From an uncultured virus (IMG/VR IMGVR_UViG_3300012933_000135) (Duplodnaviria; Heunggongvirae; Uroviricota; Caudoviricetes), in IMG/VR virus record IMGVR_UViG_3300012933_000135: a DNA stretch of 50,204 nt; one strand, written 5' to 3'. Positions 7,208 to 17,064 of the stretch are shown here, piece after piece. A program made the translations under genes and the position numbers. Position 1 is the first letter of the stretch. Every line of letters starts with the position of its first letter. Below the pieces are notes generated by a model that worked only from the letters and a program-made list of their open reading frames with translations, searched no databases and was not told the DNA's origin.

Positions 7208-8033
7208 TGCTAGTGTCCTCATTGTGTCGTTTCAACGCCGCAGCATGTTCGCCTGCACCAGTGCGTGAGTACGATGGGTTCATTCCGTTCATTTCAAGGA
7301 TGTCATCACGGATATTTTGATTACGTTTCTCGATATTAATAACTCTAACGAAGCTGTTTGTAACCGCAGCAGTAAAATATGCAAACGGATTGTCTGATTT
7401 ACTCTCGTCAAACTGCAAGCCAATTTGCGTAAGCTGCAAAATAGCTTGGCCTTTCATTTCGTCGTTATAAGTATAACCACGCACGTTGCCGCGTGTAGCG
7501 TAACGTTCGCATAGCTTGATCATCATTCGAGCTAATGTTGGACTAATTTGCCCAGCATCCTTGTCAAAGTGACCCTTTTCTAGATCGCCCTTCCAATGGC
7601 TTTTGCCCACACAAACAAGCTCACCGGCATCGTTGTATTTCCAGTGCTGAAACGGCGGAAAATTAACTTTATCACGGCCATCTGCTACCGTTTTGGGGTT
7701 CTTTTTACGAATTGTATTGAGCGGAATGTGTTCGTAAGTCATTACTCGAAACACTAATTCTTCCTTAGTAATCTTCTTATAGTCCACTTCGCAGTCGGCT
7801 TGTTTAACCTTTTCACCTGCTCGTTTACGGGTAGCGTAGTCTAAATCTGCAAGTCTTTTGGCCTTATTTCTTTTAGCTTCGGCTACTGTGCGTATGTTTA
7901 TTTTGTCCGTACTAGGCAAAATAATGTCATATTGATGATAACTTGGGTCTGTAAAACTACAGTATGATGCTTTACTTCTATGGATTTCCAACAACATATC
8001 CTTGTTGTTTAGATAATTTACTTTCACGGTCAT
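7200..8033 (-). CDS. Late-transcription sigma factor, T4 gp55-like
   Basis: NYLNNKDML N-terminus; RGYTYNDEM...FDESKSDNPFAYFT motif; upstream of gp47-gp46 as in T4-like phages; ATG 8033 with AGGAA RBS. Confidence 0.85.
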   Translation of the reverse strand: MTVKVNYLNNKDMLLEIHRSKASYCSFTDPSYHQYDIILPSTDKINIRTVAEAKRNKAKRLADLDYATRKRAGEKVKQADCEVDYKKITKEELVFRVMTYEHIPLNTIRKKNPKTVADGRDKVNFPPFQHWKYNDAGELVCVGKSHWKGDLEKGHFDKDAGQISPTLARMMIKLCERYATRGNVRGYTYNDEMKGQAILQLTQIGLQFDESKSDNPFAYFTAAVTNSFVRVINIEKRNQNIRDDILEMNGMNPSYSRTGAGEHAAALKRHNEDTSSE

Positions 8034-8054
8034 GGATGCATTCCTATTTTGTTT

Positions 8055-8083
8055 ATTATAAACTATGTACATTATTTTGTCAA
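8055..8083 (-). promoter_or_regulatory. Perfect sigma70 promoter TTGACA-N17-TATAAT
   Basis: Minus strand reads TTGACA (8083-8078) AAATAATGTACATAGTT TATAAT (8060-8055), upstream of the gp55-like ATG. Confidence 0.9.
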
Positions 8084-8090
8084 ATAAATA
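8083..8090 (+). promoter_or_regulatory. Late promoter AATAAATA for the baseplate operon
   Basis: 20 nt upstream of ATG 8111 (RBS GGAGA at 8100). Confidence 0.7.
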
Positions 8091-8110
8091 CTTGCCAATG
8101 GAGAAGATTT

Positions 8111-9112
8111 ATGGGACTATTTGATGCAGCAGCCGGAGCACAATCGGCACTTGGAGCAGTTAATGCTACGTTTGGAGCAGTGCAAGGCGCAGGCAAAATT
8201 GCAGGTAATTTGAGTGCTGCGATGTCTGACTTGGGCAGCGGCGACTTTTTAGGAGCCCTAAGAAGTGCTAACTTGCCAGCAGCAGGTGAATTTGTCGGCG
8301 GCGTTATGGCAGCAGTCTCGCTATTTGATAGCGATTCAAACGCTGATGATTGGCGTGTTAGACTTAGCTTACCTAGCTGGCCCGCATTTACAAGCAGTCC
8401 TGTACTCAAACCGTTAAAACAATCGGGCGGTTTAGTGTTTCCATATACTCCCCAAATTAATATTGCGTCAACTGCCAAGTACAGCCAAGTAAATCCGACT
8501 CATAATAACTTTGATTTTCAAGCATACGAGAATAGTACACCTGGCAGCATTACGATTGTAGCACCATTCCATGTGGAAGATGCAGCACAAGCGTTATACT
8601 GGATTGCCGCAGTGCATTATTTACGATCTGCAACCAAAATGTTCAGCGGTCGTGATTCTATTGCGGGTAACCCACCGCCTGTCGTAATGCTAAACGGTTA
8701 CGGAAATTACGTTTTTAAAAATATTCCGGTAGTAGTTAGTCAATTTTCTTGCCAACTTGATGCAAGCTGCGACTATATTCCTACCGAAGTAACAGGTAGT
8801 GCGCTAGGCGTAGCTACTGGCACACTGGATTCAATTAGCGGCCTAGCAGGCGCTGTGGGCGGACTTGGCGGCAGCTTAGGAAGTCTTGCAAATACAATTG
8901 GATCAGCAACATCAGCAATCGCAGACGTAACTAGTTTGCTCGGCGGATTAGGAATAGGCGGCGGCACTTCTGGAGGAATGACATATGTTCCAACAAAGAG
9001 CTCAATGTCTATAACATTATTACCTGCATATAGTAGAACTAGTGCAAGAAACTTTAGCCTACAACAATTTGTCCAAGGTGGATATATGTCAGGCAAACCA
9101 GGATTCATTTAA
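8111..9112 (+). CDS. Putative baseplate / tail-tube initiator-like structural protein
   Basis: True start probably ATG 8111 (MGLFDAAAGA). DWRVRLSL..GGLVFPYTPQI..GNPPPVVMLNGYG..VFKNIPVVV core with Gly/Ala-rich flanks; directly upstream of a gp53-like gene. Confidence 0.55.
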   Translation: MGLFDAAAGAQSALGAVNATFGAVQGAGKIAGNLSAAMSDLGSGDFLGALRSANLPAAGEFVGGVMAAVSLFDSDSNADDWRVRLSLPSWPAFTSSPVLKPLKQSGGLVFPYTPQINIASTAKYSQVNPTHNNFDFQAYENSTPGSITIVAPFHVEDAAQALYWIAAVHYLRSATKMFSGRDSIAGNPPPVVMLNGYGNYVFKNIPVVVSQFSCQLDASCDYIPTEVTGSALGVATGTLDSISGLAGAVGGLGGSLGSLANTIGSATSAIADVTSLLGGLGIGGGTSGGMTYVPTKSSMSITLLPAYSRTSARNFSLQQFVQGGYMSGKPGFI

Positions 9113-9412
9113 ATGGCAAAATATTCTCAAGCAAGTCCTTGGTTTACAACTAAGATAACACAAAACTACTTAGACGTACTTTCGATTCGTCCTGTTAGTT
9201 CAGAACCTGACGACTTCTTATATACAATAGAGTCGCAGTATGCGAATCGTCCAGACTTATTAGCACACGATTTGTATGGCGACGCTGCACTATGGTGGGT
9301 CTTTACTCAACGCAATCTTGATGTGATTCAAGATCCTATTTTTGATTTTGTACCTGGTGTGAAAATTCGAGTACCTAAAAAAAGTAGCCTAACAACTATC
9401 TTAGGAATTTAA
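9113..9412 (+). CDS. Baseplate wedge protein, T4 gp53-like (LysM-related)
   Basis: YTIE..Y..RPDLLAHDLYGDAALWWVF..RN...DPIFDF.PG.KIRVP. Confidence 0.8.
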   Translation: MAKYSQASPWFTTKITQNYLDVLSIRPVSSEPDDFLYTIESQYANRPDLLAHDLYGDAALWWVFTQRNLDVIQDPIFDFVPGVKIRVPKKSSLTTILGI

Positions 9413-9414
9413 TT

Positions 9415-11736
9415 ATGGCATTTGACATAGGTGGAGCAGCAACGAATGCTGTCAACACAGTAAAGACTGCCTTCTCAGAAGGCGGCCCAGCTTCAGGCTT
9501 GTCTGCAATTAGCTCAACTATTTCTGGAGCAGTTGGAAATACAATTGATGCTATTACTGGAGCAGTTGGTGGACTATTAGGATCGTCTGGAAAGAGTATT
9601 GAAAAAGTAGCAATACCTTTTCCAATGCCTAATCAGTTGCACAATTATGCAACTTACAATTATGTGTTTAGCTTAGGTGTACTCACTGACCAGGAAGTTA
9701 ACTTTCCTGATTCAACATACAAAGCAGGCAAGGTACCAAAATTAATTTTAAAGAGTGGCAATGCAAATCCGGATAATAGAATTTCTACCCAGTACGGTAA
9801 GTTTGACTTCTTCATCGACTCGTTGTCAATTAACAGTCAAATTGGAGCAGACAAATCTACTGGTAATACAAATGCAACTACGTTTGACTTTACAGTAATT
9901 GAGCCATATAGCATGGGATTGTTTATGATGTCATGTCAGCAGGCTGCGTTTGATGCGGGCTACAAAAACTTTCGTGAAGCTGCATTTATTTTGATTATTG
10001 AATTTAGAGGAAACTTACAAACAGGCGTGCCTTCTAAAATTCCAGGCCTAACTAAATTTATTCCTTTTAGATTTACTAACATCAGTATGAAGGTTAGCGG
10101 TAAAGGTAGTACATATAATGTAAGCGCCTTGCCGTATAACGAACAAGCATTTAGCAAGCAAGTTGCAAATTTAAAAAGTGATGCAACGATTGCAGGTAAG
10201 ACTGTGCAAGAAATGTTACAAACTGGTGAAAAGAGTTTGCAAGCAGTTATCAACTCTCGTTATCAGCAGATGGAAAAAGATATTAAAGGATATGTTGCTG
10301 ACCAAGTGTTGATATTGTTTCCAATTGACATGGCATCAGCAGCATCAGCTGGCGCAGGCGGCACACCTGAAAAAGAAAATAATACTAAGGCAACAACTAG
10401 CACAACTTCTACAGAAGCTAACGGCGACTTGTTTAAGAAGTTAGGCGTTTCGATTAGCGCAAAGCATAATACCTTAGTGCAAGGTGACGGACAATGTAAT
10501 GTTATCGGCAAAGCTGGTATGGGTGTTGGCTTAACTCGTAAAGCAGCTACTCCTATGTCTAAGGGCGACAAAGTTTATAATGCCAAGACCGGAGTTGAAG
10601 TTCGTGGCAACATGGCAGTTGATCCAACAATAACTGACATGAAGTTCAGTCAAGATTCTAATATTCAGAATGCAATTAATCAAGTTATTATGAATAGCTT
10701 GTTTCCAGAAGCAACTCTAGACCCTGCAAATATTACACCTGAAGGATATAGAGGTTGGTGGACAATTCAAACGCAGGTATACATTTTAGGATCAACTGAA
10801 AATCCAAATACTGGCCAGAAGCCTAAGTTGCATGTCTACCGAGTTGTTCCTTACGGAGTACATGCAAGTAGATTGATGCCACCTAATGCTCCTGCTCCCG
10901 GATTTTCAAAACTTGCCAAGCAAGCAGTTAAGCATTACAACTATATCTATACTGGTAAAAACGTTGATGTGATTAACTTTAATATTGAGATTGCTAACGG
11001 CTTCCAGGCAATGATGATGGCAGATAACGGTAATCGAACATCTGACGAACGCACTGCAAAACAAGATGGTAAGGGTGTAGACCCTGCATCAAACATTGAA
11101 TCTAAACCGGGTAACAAACCACCTAAACCGACTGAAGGTATTGCAACACAAGCTTCATACTCTGCAACAAAAACTTCTTCAGATGGTAAAGGTGGCGGCC
11201 CGTCTGAAACAAACAGTACTAGGGTTGCAAGACTTTTTCATGATGCAATGATCAACGGGAAAGATTTAGTAAACCTTGATTTAGAAATTGTAGGCGATCC
11301 TTACTATCTCGCAACTAGCGGCATGGGTAACTATACTGCAAAAGAAACAGACAAGTCAAACTTAAATGCAGACGGTGAAGTTAATTATCAAAACGGTGAA
11401 GTTGACATTATTGTTAATTTTAGAACTCCAATTGATATTAACCAAGCTACTGGTATGTACAACTTTGGAGCATCTGTTGCAGTACTACAGTTTAGCGGAT
11501 TATACAAGTTAACAACACTTGTTAGTACTTTTTCAAAAGGTCAGTTTAAACAGAAGTTATCTGGATTTAGACGACAAGGGCAAGACGATTATCGAAATGC
11601 AGCAGTTGCTCAAGTACCGTCAGCTAAGCCAACAGCTAAGGCTCCTGAAACTGACTACGGAGACGCTGGTATAAAAATGCCAACTGATGACGAAATTAAA
11701 GCTAACAATGCCGCACTAGGCGACTTCCCAGGATAA
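9415..11736 (+). CDS. Putative baseplate hub protein (gp27/VgrG-like position)
   Basis: Lies between gp53- and gp5-like genes; C-terminal LDLEIVGDPYY...FSGLYKLTTLVSTFSKGQFKQKL resembles hub-protein ends. Confidence 0.5.
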   Translation: MAFDIGGAATNAVNTVKTAFSEGGPASGLSAISSTISGAVGNTIDAITGAVGGLLGSSGKSIEKVAIPFPMPNQLHNYATYNYVFSLGVLTDQEVNFPDSTYKAGKVPKLILKSGNANPDNRISTQYGKFDFFIDSLSINSQIGADKSTGNTNATTFDFTVIEPYSMGLFMMSCQQAAFDAGYKNFREAAFILIIEFRGNLQTGVPSKIPGLTKFIPFRFTNISMKVSGKGSTYNVSALPYNEQAFSKQVANLKSDATIAGKTVQEMLQTGEKSLQAVINSRYQQMEKDIKGYVADQVLILFPIDMASAASAGAGGTPEKENNTKATTSTTSTEANGDLFKKLGVSISAKHNTLVQGDGQCNVIGKAGMGVGLTRKAATPMSKGDKVYNAKTGVEVRGNMAVDPTITDMKFSQDSNIQNAINQVIMNSLFPEATLDPANITPEGYRGWWTIQTQVYILGSTENPNTGQKPKLHVYRVVPYGVHASRLMPPNAPAPGFSKLAKQAVKHYNYIYTGKNVDVINFNIEIANGFQAMMMADNGNRTSDERTAKQDGKGVDPASNIESKPGNKPPKPTEGIATQASYSATKTSSDGKGGGPSETNSTRVARLFHDAMINGKDLVNLDLEIVGDPYYLATSGMGNYTAKETDKSNLNADGEVNYQNGEVDIIVNFRTPIDINQATGMYNFGASVAVLQFSGLYKLTTLVSTFSKGQFKQKLSGFRRQGQDDYRNAAVAQVPSAKPTAKAPETDYGDAGIKMPTDDEIKANNAALGDFPG

Positions 11737-11739
11737 CAC

Positions 11740-13092
11740 ATGACAGATAACGTAGAAGCAAGACCGTCAGAAGATGGCGATTCAGGCGACACTCCAAAAC
11801 TAACTGGCATGCCGCAGTTAGCAAAAATTGTAAGTCATTATGATAGTACTTACATGGGCAAGCTACAGGTTGAGATTCTTCGTCCAGCAGGTAACTCTGT
11901 TTCAGACGGGCAGTTACAGACTGTTGACATGATTTCTCCGTTCAGCGGAGTAACAGGTGCTGACTATATTGGTCAAGATCCAGACGATTATAACAACACA
12001 CAAAAGAGTTATGGTATGTGGTTTGTTCCGCCCGATGTTGGAACAACTGTGCTAGTAATTTTTATCAATGCTGATCCTAAAAGAGGATATTGGTTAGGAT
12101 GCGTACCTGACAACAACATGAACTTCATGACACCTGGTCTTGCTGCCACTAGTTATCACGTTGACGGTATAGAAGCTCGTGTTCCAGTTGCAGAGTATAA
12201 TAAGAAAGTAAATGATAATCCGGGACTAGATGCAACTAAAGTTCCTAAGCCTCAACATCCGTTTGCTAAAGTACTTAAAGAACAAGGATTGTTACTAGAT
12301 GATATTCGCGGTATAACAACTAGCAGTGCTCGTAGAGAAGCACCTAGCTCAGTGTTTGGTATATCTACTCCTGGTCCGATAGACAAAGCCAACGGAGCAA
12401 AACAAGGACCTCGCGGTACAAAAGAAAATTTAATTCCTAATGCATTTGTTAGTAGACTAGGCGGAACAACTTTTGTAATGGATGACGGCGACGATAAATT
12501 TATTCGTAAGACACACGCAAAAGACGGCCCACCCGAGTATGCAGCAGTTGAACAAGATGAGACTGGTGGCCTACCTGAAATTCCACACAACGAACTAGTA
12601 CGAATTAGAACACGAACAGGCCATCAAATTCTTTTACACAATAGTGAAGATCTAATTTATATTGGTAATGCTCGTGGTACAACATGGATTGAGTTAACTA
12701 GCAANNNNNNNNNNNNNNNNNNNNNNNNNNNNNNNNNNNNNNNNNNNNNNNNNNNNNNNNNNNNNNNNNNNNNNNNNNNNNNNNNNNNNNNNNNNNNNNN
12801 NNNNNNNNNNNNNNNNNNNNNNNNNNNNNNNNNNNNNNNNNNNNNNNNNNNNNNNNNNNNNNNNNNNNNNNNNNNNNNNNNNNNNNNNNNNNNNNNNNNN
12901 NNNNNNNNNNNNNNNNNNNNNNNNNNNNNNNNNNNNNNNNNNNNNNNNNNNNNNNNNNNNNNNNNNNNNNNNNNNNNNNNNNNNNNNNNNNNNNNNNNNN
13001 NNNNNNNNNNNNNNNNNNNNNNNNNNNNNNCAACAACGACAGATACCTTTTCTAAGGTAATGCCACCTAACCAAGAAGAGGAAGAACAATAA
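11740..13092 (+). CDS. Baseplate central spike, T4 gp5-like (incomplete, spans gap)
   Basis: OB-fold motif YGMWFVPPDVGTTVLVIF...GYWLGCVP, then RIRTRTGHQILLHNSE...WIELTS beta-helix start. The 3' end across the Ns is unverified. Confidence 0.75.
   Translation: MTDNVEARPSEDGDSGDTPKLTGMPQLAKIVSHYDSTYMGKLQVEILRPAGNSVSDGQLQTVDMISPFSGVTGADYIGQDPDDYNNTQKSYGMWFVPPDVGTTVLVIFINADPKRGYWLGCVPDNNMNFMTPGLAATSYHVDGIEARVPVAEYNKKVNDNPGLDATKVPKPQHPFAKVLKEQGLLLDDIRGITTSSARREAPSSVFGISTPGPIDKANGAKQGPRGTKENLIPNAFVSRLGGTTFVMDDGDDKFIRKTHAKDGPPEYAAVEQDETGGLPEIPHNELVRIRTRTGHQILLHNSEDLIYIGNARGTTWIELTSXXXXXXXXXXXXXXXXXXXXXXXXXXXXXXXXXXXXXXXXXXXXXXXXXXXXXXXXXXXXXXXXXXXXXXXXXXXXXXXXXXXXXXXXXXXXXXXXXXXXXXXXXXXXXXTTTDTFSKVMPPNQEEEEQ
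12705..13030. other. Assembly gap (N run)
   Basis: 326 consecutive N. Confidence 1.
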
Positions 13093-13535
13093 TGAGTTCA
13101 AACGCTAATTTATATGACAAGATCGTTTTACGATCAGTTCCGCAAACAGACGTACCTATGTCTAAAACTTACAAAGGTTTTAGTTCAGTTAGTGGCGCAA
13201 CTGAGAATTTTCAACTATACGATTTAGAATTAATCCAGCAGGATTTGTTAAATCACTTTCACGTTAGACAGGGTGAGCGTTTAATGAATCCGTTGTTCGG
13301 AACAATCATATGGGACGTATTATTTGAGCCAATGACCGAAGATTTAAAGCAGCTTATTATTAGAAATGTAACTGAGATTATCAACTACGATCCTCGAGTT
13401 GTTGCAGATCAAGTAACTGTGACAACCTATGAAAGCGGCATTCAAATAGAGTGTATGCTAACGTACTTGCCTTACAACGTTACACAAAGTATGCAATTAA
13501 AGTTTGATCAAACTAACGGATTACTTGCACAATAA
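13092..13535 (+). CDS. Baseplate wedge / sheath initiator, T4 gp25-like
   Basis: YKGFS..D.ELIQQDLLNHF..RQGERLMNPLFGTIIWDVLFEP...YDPRV. Confidence 0.9.
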   Translation: MSSNANLYDKIVLRSVPQTDVPMSKTYKGFSSVSGATENFQLYDLELIQQDLLNHFHVRQGERLMNPLFGTIIWDVLFEPMTEDLKQLIIRNVTEIINYDPRVVADQVTVTTYESGIQIECMLTYLPYNVTQSMQLKFDQTNGLLAQ

Positions 13536-13555
13536 GTACATAGTTAATTTTTACC

Positions 13556-13563
13556 GATAAATA
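13556..13563 (+). promoter_or_regulatory. Late promoter GATAAATA
   Basis: Intergenic, upstream of RBS AGGA and ATG 13582. Confidence 0.7.
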
Positions 13564-13581
13564 CAATTATTAGGAAATGGT

Positions 13582-16500
13582 ATGAGCGCAACAGATAGAC
13601 AAAATAGACTGCTAGTAGCAGAAGATTGGAAGAGAGTATATCAAACTTTCCGCAATGCAGACTTCCAAAGTTACGATTTTGAAAATCTACGCCGTACGAT
13701 GATCAATTATATTCGTCAGAATTACCCTGAAGATTATAACGATTACATTGAATCAAGCGAATACCTTGCTCTAATCGACCTAATTGCGTTCTTAGGTCAG
13801 AGTATTGCCTTCCGTGTTGACTTAAATGCCCGTGAAAACTTCCTAGAATTAGCAGAGCGCCGCGAATCTGTGCTACGTTTAGCACGTATGTTGAGCTACA
13901 ATCCTAAGCGAAATATCGCTGGCAGCGGCCTTCTAAAGTTTACTAACATTCAAACGACTCAGACTATTATCGACAGTAACGGTCGTAACCTTGCGAACCA
14001 AACAATCGTATGGAATGACCCGGCTAACACTAACTGGTATGATCAATTTATTCGAGTAATTAACGCTGCATTACCGCAAGCCCGCCAGTTTGGAAACCCG
14101 GACGATAAAGCTACAATCTACGGAATTCCCACAGAGCAATATCGTTTCTCTGGCGCAAATACTGACATTCCTGTCTTTGGTTTTAGTAAGACAGTTGAAG
14201 GTAGAAGCATGAACTTTGAAGTTACTAGCACTACTTTTTCCGGCGAAGACTTTATCTACGAAGAAGCTCCTAAAGTTGGAAACAAATTAGCTTTCTTGTA
14301 CAAAGAAGACGGCAAAGGTGCAGCTAGCGGCAACACAGGTTTCTTTTTAAACTTCCGTCAAGGTAGCTTAAACACTGGCTCTTTTACAATTAGCCAGCCT
14401 AGCAATAACGAGTCAGTTGACATTGATTCTGCAAACATTAATGATGATGACGTATGGTTGTATAAACTAGATCAAAACGGTCTAGAAACTGACCTATGGA
14501 CAAAAGTTCCTGCCTTTGAAGGCAATAACATTATCTATAATAGCTTAAAGAAGAACATTAGAAATATCTACGGAGTAGTAACTAGAGCGGGCGACAGAAT
14601 TAGTCTAGCGTTTAGCGATGGTACGTTTGGTAACACTCCATTAGGAACATTTAGAGCTTACTATAGAATTAGTAACGGATTTAGTTATACAATTAATCCT
14701 AGAGATCTTCGCGGCATTACCTTGAGCATTCCTTACTATTCAAGCAAGGGCCAGTTAGAAACGTTAACACTTACTTTAGGGTTACAATCTTCTGTTTCAA
14801 ATGCAAGCGCTGCTGAGTCAAATGACAGCATTAAAGCAAAAGCTCCTGCAACTTATTACACACAAAATAGAATGATTACTGCTGAGGACTACAACATTAG
14901 TCCGCTATCTGCTAATCAAGAAGTTGTAAAAATTAAAACAGTTAACAGAACTAGTTCTGGAATTAGCAGATACTTTGACCTTGTTGATCCAACAGGCAAG
15001 TACTCTAGTACTAATCTGTTTGCAGACGACGGCGTCTTATATCAAGAAGATTATACAGACAGTCTACGTTTCACTTATGCAAACAGAACAGACATTGAAG
15101 GCGTGATATACAATACTATCTTTGATGTGCTTAAACGTCCTAGTCTTAGAAATTTTTACTACAACAAGTTTATTAAGTTAGCAACATCTAGTTTAAATAT
15201 TTCTTGGTACAACAAGACAACAGACACTGGAATGTCAACAGGTTATGTCGGAGATGCTTACGATAAAACAGCATACAAAGTAGGCGCATATACTGCAACT
15301 GACTTAAAGTATGTTGAGCCAGGATCGTTAATTAAGTTTACTGCGCCAGCTGGCTATTATTTTGATACGACTAACAATAATAAGATTACAGCGTTAGTTT
15401 CTCCTTTACCATTAGGTGCAAAGACATATATCTGGGCTGAAGTTATTTCAGTTGCAGGTGACGGTACATCAGGCGGAACTGGAGTATTGACATCAGGCTT
15501 TGGCCCAATTGCACTTAACGAAATTATTCCTAACACTGCAACTCAGTTCCCTAGAGTTGATCAAATTGTACCTAAGTGGAGAACTGTAATTGACAGTTCA
15601 GTTATTACAACAATGATTGACCTAGTATTTGCAAACAAGCCATTTGCTCTTCGATACGACACTACATCTAAATCTTGGCAGATTATTTTCGAGTCTAACT
15701 TAGATTCAAAGAATCCGTTTAGCTTAGGTAAAGCAGGTGATGCTAGTAATCAGCAGTTAGATTCTAGCTGGTTATTGTTGTTTACAACTGATAACGAATA
15801 CTACACAGTGACTAGCAGAGAGTCTCGTTACATCTTTGAAAGTGACAAGCAGATTCGTTTCTACTTTGATAGTTCTCATAAAATTTATAACAGCAAGACT
15901 AACACAATCGTTAAGGACACAATTAAAGTATTGAGTATTAATCCGTTGCCTGACAGCACTAATGCATTTACATATAACTTAGATTGGGATATTGTGTCCG
16001 AGTTTAAAGGTCTAGACGGATATATTGACAATAAGAAAATTGAAGTTACGTTTGTCGATTCTAATGATAACGGCGTTGTAGACGATCCTGATCAATTTGT
16101 AAATTTAGTTGCTCCTACAGTTAATTCTTTAAGCAAGTATATTGTTTTAGAAAAGTATACTATTGCTCAAGGGCAAGAAGATTATCGTTACGTAGACAAT
16201 AGTTCTAACATTGTACAAATTCTAAGTACTGAAGATGACATTTATTCATATAATGTGTTAGGTCTAAACTACTGGAATGATGGACAATATTTTTATCTAG
16301 CTGACACTGGCATTGTTAAAAAGTTGTTTAAAACAACTGCAAAGGTTGTGTCGTCTTTAGATTACAAAGTATTTGTTGGTCGCGCAGGATTGAAATTCCA
16401 ATACGTGCATAGTGCAGATTATGAATCTAGAATCGACCCTGGTTCAAGCAACATAATGGATATCTTTGTATTGGCAAAAAGTTACGATACTCAGTATAGA

Positions 16501-17055
16501 CAATGGCTCGTTGGGGCACTAAAGACTCAACCGTTGCCGCCTAGCTCTGACGAGTTGTATAATATCGTTGCTCCTAACTTGAATTTAATTAAATCAATTA
16601 GCGACGAAATCATCTATCATCCAGTAAAGTATAAAGCACTATTTGGATCAGTCGCATCTGTTGATGTGCAGGCTACGTTTAAGGTAATTAAGAATAGCAC
16701 CCAAGTAATTTCAGATAATGATATCAAAGCAAGAGTTCTCCAAGCAATTAATCAGTTCTTCGTGTTAGAAAACTGGGACTTTGGTGACACATTTTACTTT
16801 ACTGAATTGTCAACTTATGTAATGAATCAACTGGCTCCTAACATAACAAACTTTGTAATTGTACCTAAGCAAAGTAATCTAAATTTTGGTAGTCTTTTTG
16901 AAATTAAAGCATCAAGTGACGAGTTGTTTATCAACTCTGCAACAGTAGATGATATAGAAGTTATTTCAGGAATAACTGCTAGCACTATCAAAGCAATTAG
17001 CTCAACATCGGTTGTATCAAATGCAACTGGACAACAAACAATAACAAGCAGATAA
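13582..17055 (+). CDS. Baseplate wedge protein, T4 gp6-like
   Basis: DFENLR..MINY, SSEYLALIDLIAF, ENFLELAERRESVLRLARMLSYNPKR, FSDGTFG, ESNDSIKAKAP..YYTQNRMITAEDY. Confidence 0.88.
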   Translation: MSATDRQNRLLVAEDWKRVYQTFRNADFQSYDFENLRRTMINYIRQNYPEDYNDYIESSEYLALIDLIAFLGQSIAFRVDLNARENFLELAERRESVLRLARMLSYNPKRNIAGSGLLKFTNIQTTQTIIDSNGRNLANQTIVWNDPANTNWYDQFIRVINAALPQARQFGNPDDKATIYGIPTEQYRFSGANTDIPVFGFSKTVEGRSMNFEVTSTTFSGEDFIYEEAPKVGNKLAFLYKEDGKGAASGNTGFFLNFRQGSLNTGSFTISQPSNNESVDIDSANINDDDVWLYKLDQNGLETDLWTKVPAFEGNNIIYNSLKKNIRNIYGVVTRAGDRISLAFSDGTFGNTPLGTFRAYYRISNGFSYTINPRDLRGITLSIPYYSSKGQLETLTLTLGLQSSVSNASAAESNDSIKAKAPATYYTQNRMITAEDYNISPLSANQEVVKIKTVNRTSSGISRYFDLVDPTGKYSSTNLFADDGVLYQEDYTDSLRFTYANRTDIEGVIYNTIFDVLKRPSLRNFYYNKFIKLATSSLNISWYNKTTDTGMSTGYVGDAYDKTAYKVGAYTATDLKYVEPGSLIKFTAPAGYYFDTTNNNKITALVSPLPLGAKTYIWAEVISVAGDGTSGGTGVLTSGFGPIALNEIIPNTATQFPRVDQIVPKWRTVIDSSVITTMIDLVFANKPFALRYDTTSKSWQIIFESNLDSKNPFSLGKAGDASNQQLDSSWLLLFTTDNEYYTVTSRESRYIFESDKQIRFYFDSSHKIYNSKTNTIVKDTIKVLSINPLPDSTNAFTYNLDWDIVSEFKGLDGYIDNKKIEVTFVDSNDNGVVDDPDQFVNLVAPTVNSLSKYIVLEKYTIAQGQEDYRYVDNSSNIVQILSTEDDIYSYNVLGLNYWNDGQYFYLADTGIVKKLFKTTAKVVSSLDYKVFVGRAGLKFQYVHSADYESRIDPGSSNIMDIFVLAKSYDTQYRQWLVGALKTQPLPPSSDELYNIVAPNLNLIKSISDEIIYHPVKYKALFGSVASVDVQATFKVIKNSTQVISDNDIKARVLQAINQFFVLENWDFGDTFYFTELSTYVMNQLAPNITNFVIVPKQSNLNFGSLFEIKASSDELFINSATVDDIEVISGITASTIKAISSTSVVSNATGQQTITSR

Positions 17056-17064
17056 TAAACGAAT

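Noticed and set aside
7964..8110. N-terminal extensions of ORFs 7964-9112 and 7200-8072 given by the ORF track
   Set aside because: They overlap each other and the promoters; RBS-supported starts are 8111 (+) and 8033 (-).
12694..13101. ORFs made mostly of X, and an apparently short gp5
   Set aside because: Artefacts of the N gap. True gap length and frame continuity are unknown, so absence of a lysozyme domain cannot be claimed.
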